Assembly (NCBI GenBank): GCA_964016885.1
Contig: OZ024742.1
Location: forward strand, 35,030,001-35,094,000
Length of the DNA: 64,000 bases
Origin: Eledone cirrhosa
Lineage: Eukaryota
Reading direction: 5' to 3'
Positions 56,353 through 64,000 of this stretch are shown here, piece by piece; position 1 is the stretch's first letter; the number at the start of each line of letters is the position of its first letter. The notes under the pieces are model-generated. The model saw only the letters and a program-made list of their open reading frames with translations, made no database searches and had not been told where the DNA came from. The position numbers and the translations under genes were made by a program.

Positions 56353-58370
56353 TGTAGCAAGAGTTGCCTCCCTTGTTGTGACGATCACATCACCAGTAGA
56401 GTAATGCTCTCTAGACAGGAAGTGGCTGGAGTTACTTCCCGTTGTGGTTGCCCTTCCGTCCAGAGACCCCTATAAAGGAGAGAACTTCCAGCTCTCTCAC
56501 TCTCTCCTAACTAGCCTGGCCCTTCGGCCAGGCGTCTTCGGCCAGGCGCGTTCGCCGAGGCTCTACTCTCTGGCAATCTGGCAACCCTAACATGGTCTCT
56601 TGCGAGCTCACTTCAAAACAGTAACAAATAACTTTACTTCATTCTTTCATCTACTCTTGACATGTCAACATTTCTGCACTACATAACTTCAACTTGTTAA
56701 TTAAACTTTATACACACAACCTAGTCTCTTGTTATATTCATACAACCAAGTATTCTGTTATAAGTGGTGACCCCGAAAAAAATAAAAAAATAACCAACTG
56801 GTGTTGTGTGAGTATGGAAAAAAGAAAATTAATTAGCATTACCCCATTTTCGTTGGAATATGTGGACCAACATTTCGAACACGCAGCAAACTTTATTAAC
56901 AAACTAGGAAAAATACGCAGACACAGAAACGAACACACGCACATGTGAAATTCTCGTTTTTTACACATTTCAACATGAACATTTATTTTTGCTGAATCTC
57001 AACTATTGCTTATTCTTTCCACCAAGCTTTTTTCATCGTTCACAAAAAAAATTGAACTCGCCATATTTGTTATACCAAGTGAAGCTTTTCTTTCTTTTTC
57101 AAGATATTATCACGTTCACACACAAATTTTTCAAATTGGCTGCCAAGGACCTGTTGCATTATCATTTTCGCACCATTTTCTCGCGCAATAGAATTTTTTT
57201 TTTTTCAACTTGATTTTAACCTTGTTTCAGCACGTGTGGGCAGCACACATCTCGACTCACTGAGATAACACACGCCATAGATAATGTTTCTTGCCAAGTA
57301 TTCTCCAGCCTTAAGCTATATTCTCCTATTTGCCGGTTTAAAGATTTACCACGTAAATTTGCCGTTGAAAACTGCGCATTTATTCAGAATGCTTATTTCT
57401 TTGGTTGCTGGCCTCTTGACCCTTCCAGGTCAACGCATTCTCAACATCGACCATCAACTTTGGCTTTTATTTCTAGCACTTTGTGCAACTCATTTTTTTC
57501 TTGGAAGATTTTTACTGTGAACGGAAACAACTTTGAAAGAGTTATCTCACTCCGCGAGACAACAACATCAACAACCAAAACCAGCAGAACAAAACAGACA
57601 ATTTATTTTTGCAGCACTCTTCCTGTGAGAAAATCCTACCGAATTTCACGTTGTACTACAGTCTACAGACCACCTGCATACATTCTCTGGAGGACAGACT
57701 TTCTTTCCTGCTGTCATGTGATTGCACACCTGTGAAATTGCATTGTATCTTTGGGTGATGGATAGATAGATGTCCAGTCGTTCTCTGGCCAAGAGCGGTT
57801 GGCTACCTTGACATCTATCATTAATTTTTGCATGCTTATATTTTGCTGTTTTGATTTTATTGCAAACATTATTTTTTTCGTAATTTTCATGTCTGGACTT
57901 TGGTGTTACAACATGCTCGCCATCTTACTTCATACATGGTTCATTCGATTTTTATGTTTTAAAAATCTGGCGGGGGATAATGTAGCAAGAGTTGCCTCCC
58001 TTGTTGTGACGATCACATCACCAGTAGAGTAACTGCTCTCTAGACAGGAAGTAGCTGGAGTTACTTCCCGTTGTGGTTGCCCTTCCGTCCAGGGACCCCT
58101 ATAAAGGAGAGAACTTTCAGCTCTCTCACTCTCTTCTAACTAGCCTGGCCCTTCGGCCAGGCGCGTTCGCCGAGGCTCTACTCTCTGGCAACCCTAACAT
58201 GGTCTCTTGCGAGCTCACTTCAAAACGGTAACAAATAACATTACTTCATTCTTTCATCTACCCATGGACATGTCAACTATTCTATTCAACATAACTTCAA
58301 CTTGTTAATTAAACTTTATACACACAACTGAGTCTCCTGTTATATTCATACAACCCAGTATTTTGTTATA
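56353..58370 (+). mobile_element. Internally deleted Gypsy-type LTR element (LTRs 56353-56762 and 57981-58370)
   Basis: TGT...GTTATA direct repeats, PBS TGGTGACCCCGA 56765-56776, PPT GGCGGGGGATAA, TSD GACC/GATC, 1.2-kb decayed interior. Confidence 0.88.
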
Positions 58371-58516
58371 GATCTTTTGGGCCGCGGGTTTACATCTCGA
58401 AAAATATTTTCCAAGACTCGAACAACAGTCGCCTATGCATGGAAGTCTCTCCTTCTATGTTGTGAAGAAGAAGAAGAAGAAGAAGAAGAAGAAGAAGAAG
58501 AAGACGACGACGACAA

Positions 58517-58885
58517 AGATAACGACACTATTTTTATGACGACGTTGACGTTAATGATGATGATGATGATGATGACGACGACGAATATAACGACACTATC
58601 TTTATGACGACGTTTATGAAACGGAATTACAGATAAAAATATTTCATCAGTTTTGTTTAGTGTTTACATGTATAATTGCGTCTTTCTTGGTGTACATCCG
58701 TGTTAGAGATAACGACACTATTTTTATGATGACGATGATGATGATGATGATGATGATGACAACAACGACAACAACACTATTTTTATGACGACGTTTATGA
58801 AACGGGATTAGAGATTAAAATATTGCATCAGTTTTTTTTAGTGGTTACATGTATAATTGTGTTTTTCTCTCTTAATATACATCCT
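58517..58885. repeat. About 190-bp tandem duplication containing (GAT/GAC)n
   Basis: AGATAACGACACTATTTTTATGA..GACGTTTATGAAACGG..TTACATGTATAATTG occurs twice. Confidence 0.75.
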
Positions 58886-60156
58886 TGTTTGTCATAAACA
58901 TCCCAAAAGCTGATGCAATATATATGTTTGTATAATATATATACGTGTGGTGTGTATCTGTATAATATATATGTACTGTATGTAGCCTCGTTGTGAGTTA
59001 TCCGTACATGTGCTCTTTATTTCATTCAACATGGCTGATTTGGATATAAATTGTCTGAAACTCTATGCTCAACAGGCGGTAAATTTACATTTCTCTCTAT
59101 CTGTTCAATCATTTTACTCATCGATACATTTATTCACACTTTAAACTACCATCAATCGCTGTATATAACTTTCAAAAACAAATATCAAATCCTTTTCTCT
59201 CCATTTATCGCTAATGTTTACGTGCAATCAGTCATGTTATCGTTTCGACTACATTTTCAATTTTACGTTTTAGTAAGTGTTGTTCTAAGTCTGTTTATAA
59301 AGATTTTGTTGTTTTAGGAACATATGTGTTCAAACAACATCATTGCTTCTACATATAAAAAGAATATGCATAATATATTTACTAAAAATATATATATATT
59401 TATATGTATGCGCAGTTAATACGTTTCTTGATAATTTCGACTTTCAATTTGAAGCGAAACGAAATCAGTTTATTGTAGTTGATTTAAAAAAAAACATTTT
59501 AGCAAAACCATTTCGCCGGTTCTGTTGACAAATTTTTTGAAGATTCTTTCTTGTGTTAAATTCTTAACATTCTGATAAATGTTATAAATGTTTCCAACAG
59601 ACACGGCAATATATTTTTGTAAGTGGCTAAGAGGTCCAAAATAGAGAAAACTGAATTCCCTATCATTGAAACAAAAAAAACATGCCACACGGTAAGGTGG
59701 CTAAAATATCCATAAATTGGAGTCCCCTATTTTTTAAAACATCCCAGAATCCTGAAATGCAACTATGTGGGAGCCAGCTAAACACAGGTGTGAGCCTTTT
59801 CGTTACATTCTGAGTTCAAATACCGCCGAGATGAATTTTGTTTTTCATCCTTCCACGGGTCGATAAAATAAAATACCTGTCAAGTACTGAGGTATATATA
59901 TATGATGTCTGCAACTCTATTTCGCATGATACTTAAGCATGAGCATCACGGACGTGGCTTTTTAGTCCTGCTATGGATTTGACTATGATCAGCAATACCA
60001 TCCATCGCAAAAAATGTCACATATCAAGCGATGCTTTTTTTAAGTGAGGAAAGGCTTTGTATAAATATATATATAATCCACGTGGATGTGAATGGAATTA
60101 TAATAGAAGACAAGACCTCGAAATTTGACCAGTAATTTATTTTTAATAAATAATAA

Positions 60157-60292
60157 TAATTGTTTCTACTATAGGCACAAGGCCAGCATTTTGAGGGAGG
60201 GGAAAGTCGATTAAATCGACTCCAGTGCGTTACTGGTGCTCTATTTTATCGACCCCGTAAGGATGAAAGGCAAAACGAACCTCGGTGGGATT
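60157..60292 (-). mobile_element. SINE family A variant, 3' half
   Basis: Core plus extra GTCGATTTAATCGAC hairpin segment. Confidence 0.75.
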
Positions 60293-60789
60293 AATAATAA
60301 TACATTTATATGACGCCATAGATCCATCTAAATGAAAATAAAAAAATGTTAACAGGCGTCCTAGTCGTTCATTCAAAATGAAATGCGAAGTCGTGTCCCT
60401 GGTGGAATTTGAACTCAGAGAATCATCTTATCGTCATTTATACCGTTTTCGGCAGAATGTTGATCACGGCACTCAGTAGTTTTGTTTTTTGAAGTGGGTT
60501 ATTATTTCGTCTGATTCACCGGGTACATTGTTAGAGATGAGTGTGCCTGTGTGGAACATACAAAATGAATCTGGTGACACGAACGAGATATTTTCATTTA
60601 CTTCATTCGATATTTGATGCTAATGATATCCCACTTGTCGGACACAGCATAGTGGATTGGTTAAGAAGTTTGCTTCACACTGAATTTCCCTGAGAGTTCC
60701 GTTGAGGGTACACATGCTTGTGGAATGTTCAAGCATGTACTCTGTAAGACAGTAGCCCGTGATATAAGGTGGGGGAATTTGACTGCTAT

Positions 60790-62690
60790 TTCTGGCAGAG
60801 CGAGCGATCATATACTTACTTCCTCAATCTTGCTCTTGTTCGATGAAATTGGTGTCATCCTAGGTGAGTGATGAGGCATCATCGTGTGGAGAGCCAAACA
60901 GGTCTACCTGTGCCCTCCGTTGCTGGCAGTTCTGTGCCAGTCCCTCTACATCCTCCAAGGTGACGCCAAGCCTCTAGAGATCTTCCTTAATGACATCCAA
61001 CCATCTGGTGTGGGGCCTCTTCCAGCTTGTAGCTGCTGCGTTGAATGCGAATAAGGCTCAGGTAGTATGATCTGGCCATCAAGCCATAGATCGATCGTCT
61101 TTGTGAGGGGCCACGTTTCTGCTCCATAGAGGAGAAGGCGCATGGGTTAGTGGTTAGAGCATTGGGATTGCAATCGAAAGGTTGTGAGTTCAATTCTCGG
61201 ACCAGGTGATGTGTTGTTTCCTTGAGTAAGACACTTTATTTCACTTTGCTCCTGTTTACTCAGCTGTAGAAATGAGATGATAGGACTGGGGTCCCTATCA
61301 TTAAAATTACCCAAGACACCTCCGAGATATACCTTGGAGGAGGCCAGCTAAACCTGCATAGGTGTGAGCTGTGTCCATAGAGGAGAACAGAGAGGAATGA
61401 TGCATTGTAGGTAGAGAGTTTTGTCTTCCAGGAGATAGAGCAGTGATGCCAAAGGGGCTTCCATAGGGAGTGCATGACCCCACTATCCAGACCACATCTG
61501 CAGTCGATCTCTGGGTCAGGTCTCCATTGTAGGTGACTGCCAAGCCCAGGTAAATGATTGAGCTGACAAACTCCACAATGTCAGGGCCAATATGAAGCTG
61601 GAGATGATCGAGGTCATTGCCAACATGCATCATCTTGCTCTTTGCCCAGCTCACCTGAAGGCCAAGCTTTGCCGATTCCTCCTGCTATATAGTCATTGCT
61701 GATCGAGTTGCTGAATGGTGGTGTTGTACACATACACCATGTTGGTAGGTGATAGTTCCAAAGGGAACGCCAGAAACTTGCTCACAGACATTGATCATCA
61801 GATAGTTGATGACACAGTTGAAGGGGTCAGGGACAGCATTGTAGCTCTGTCTGACCCCCACTGTTGATAGGGAACCAGTCGTAGTCATTTCCATTCACCT
61901 GCACACGACTATCGGTACTGTTATAGAGACATTGGAACAAGGTAATGATGTAGGGAGGTGTGCCAATGGGCTTGAGAATTTTCTAGAGAGTTGCGTGATC
62001 AACCATGTCGAAAGCTGCCTTGAGGTTAATGAAAGTGACATAGAGGTGTCGATCTCTGTGGAGCTCCCATCTTTCAATAATGAGACAGAGGGTAGAAATA
62101 TGGTCAGCAGTAGACCAATTTGGCTTGTGGGCATGTCTGTTATGGCGGAATAAGCACGGCTCAGGAGGATCTTGGTGAAGAGCTTGCTTAGGATAAAGAG
62201 GAGGTTGCTGCAGATGAGTTTGTTGACCTTCTGTTACCAGAAGGGGAGGATGATACCCTGACTCCAGTAATTTAGGAGCTCCTCTGACACCTATACATGG
62301 TTGATGCAAATGAACCACTGGATTATGTTATCACCAGGGTGATAGTGCATATTTCAGGGGCTTTGCAGTTATTGAACTTCTTCAGGGTGACTCTGACATC
62401 ATTGCGAGTGACAGAATCGAGTCAGCAAGTGTCGTTGGCTGCAGCTGTGTCTGCGGTGATGGTTAGGCAGGGATCGATTGGGATGGGTGTGTGAAGAAGA
62501 AGATGGCTCAAGTTCTCCTTCCAGCGTTTGAGGCAGGTGGTTTCTGTGGTGATGACATTGCCATTGGTATTCATCATCAGGGTTGTATTGATTCGGGGAC
62601 TGTCACAGGCTCTGCGGAGTGTGCTGAACACCTCGCTGAGGTCATTGTTGTACACACAAGCCCCTTTGCCAAGACATCTTGCCAATAAAT
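60790..62690 (-). pseudogene. Decayed RTE-type LINE
   Basis: STADHISTL..FINLKAAFD, GVRQ, SWAKSK, IYLG, KTKL..YNA..LLYGAETW across many frameshifts. Confidence 0.8.
61137..61373 (+). mobile_element. SINE family B with 14-bp TSD TCCATAGAGGAGAA (61123-61136 / 61374-61387)
   Basis: Exact TSD; splits the LLYG|AETW motif of the host RTE. Confidence 0.92.
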
Positions 62691-62705
62691 TATTTCACCA
62701 TATAT

Positions 62706-62897
62706 AATTGTTTCTACTTTTTGGCACAAGGCCAGCAAATACCCAGTACATTACTGGTACTTTATTTTATCGACCCTGTAAGGATGAAAGGCAAAGTTAA
62801 CCTCAGCGAGATTTGAACTCAGTCCATAAAGGGACGTAACTCTGTGTTGCAAAGCATGGCGTCCAACCCTCTACCGATACTGCCAACCCACCACCCT
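62706..62897 (-). mobile_element. SINE family A
   Basis: Consensus match. Confidence 0.85.
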
Positions 62898-62905
62898 ATT
62901 TCACC

Positions 62906-63282
62906 ACATGACTTAGTGGTTAGAGCATTGGCCGTGCAATCGAAAGGTTGTGAGTTCAATTCTCAGACCGGGTGATGTGTTGTTTCCTTGAGCAAGACAC
63001 TTTATTTCACATTGCTCCAGTTTACTCAGCTGTAGAAATGAGATGATAGGGAGTGGGGTCCCTAGCATTCCACTGCAAAGTGGTCGTGGAAGTGCCACGG
63101 CAAAAAAGCACCCAGCCCACACTGTAAAGTGGTTGTGTAGGCGCCACAGAAAAAGCACCCAGCACTCACTGTAAATGAGGTTGGTGTTAGGAAGGGCATC
63201 CAGCTGTAGAAATCAAGCCAGAATCAGTTCCCATCCCACCCTTGCAAGCAAGGAAAAGCGGACGTAAAATGATGATGATGAT
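62906..63282 (+). mobile_element. SINE family B head + CORE-like body + RTE-derived 3' tail with (GAT)n
   Basis: 63070-63231 matches the reverse complement of 46220-46383 (RTE 3' UTR). Confidence 0.88.
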
Positions 63283-63394
63283 GGCTGAATGTTACTATAC
63301 TTTATCTGTATGTAAATATTACATAAATTATGTATTTAGCATTGTTTACTAAAATAACTACTGGGAAGTTTGGACTGGGACTTAAATGTCACAT

Positions 63395-63620
63395 GATCTG
63401 TGCTTATTACTAATTTGGAGGTTTGCATTTTAAATCTTGCCTGGACCTATTACCAACTTTAGGGTCTACATTTCTCATCTAGCCTGGGTCTATAACCAGA
63501 TTTGGAGCAGCTACATTTTGCCTCTGACCTGGGCCTATTACCAAGTTAGGGAGCTCACATTGTACTTCTAACCAGTTGAAATGGGGCCCACGTTTCACTT
63601 CTGGTCTGGACTTAATGCTA
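63395..63620. repeat. Degenerate about 44-bp tandem repeat
   Basis: Recurring CCTGG(G/A)C(C/T)TATTACCA..TT..GG..C(T)ACATT. Confidence 0.55.
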
Positions 63621-63668
63621 GTGTGGAAAATGGATGTTAAATGATGATGATGATCTGTTCTGGGCTTA

Positions 63669-64000
63669 TTACCGTCTTTGAGAAGATGTTACTTGGGACT
63701 CAATGCTTGGACATTCTGCTTTGATAAGAACATGGATGTCAGGAGTTCTGTCTTGCCACTTGATGTTGAATATGCACCTTAAACAGTTCTGCTGAAAACG
63801 CTCAAGCAATTTGGTGAGTTTATGGAATAGCGTCCAGGTTTCGGCAGAGTATAAAAGAGCAGACAGAACACATGATCTATACACACGCACCTTGGTATTG
63901 TTGGTAATGTTGCGATTTGCCCAAACTCTCTTTATCAATTTTCCGAAGGCAACAGAGGCCTTCTGGATGCGCAGATGTATTTCAGCATCCAAGGAGCATT
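63669..64000 (-). mobile_element. RTE LINE RT C-terminal fragment (runs off window)
   Basis: DAEIHLRIQKASVAFGKL..TKVRVY..LLYSAETW..LERFQQNCLR. Confidence 0.88.

Overview
This is AT-rich, repeat-saturated animal (eukaryotic) DNA. The SINE/LINE repertoire and microsatellite load suggest a coleoid cephalopod such as an octopus (inference). Most ORF-track entries are microsatellite artefacts. Real content: (1) three exons of a minus-strand host gene spread over 24 kb, encoding a signal peptide, an acidic pro-segment and an RVKR furin-type site on a 24-nt micro-exon; the gene continues off the window's left edge. (2) At least four Penelope-like retroelements (PLEs; RT plus GIY-YIG), one with an intact Naiad-like ORF, plus many non-coding PLE-type termini. 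(3) Several RTE, R4-like, CR1-like and Tx1-like LINE fragments, two tRNA-derived SINE families and an internally deleted Gypsy-type LTR element. The main unexplained structure is a recurrent architecture: about a dozen asymmetric fold-back (inverted-duplication) insertions sit in (TA)n tracts. They carry minimal type-I hammerhead ribozyme motifs, and their short arm nearly always ends at a TAT microhomology with the (TA)n target. Two non-coding tandem units (290 nt with a tRNA-like head; 440 nt) share this architecture and look like retrozyme-type PLE parasites. Coordinates and motifs were read by eye; no database search or folding was run.
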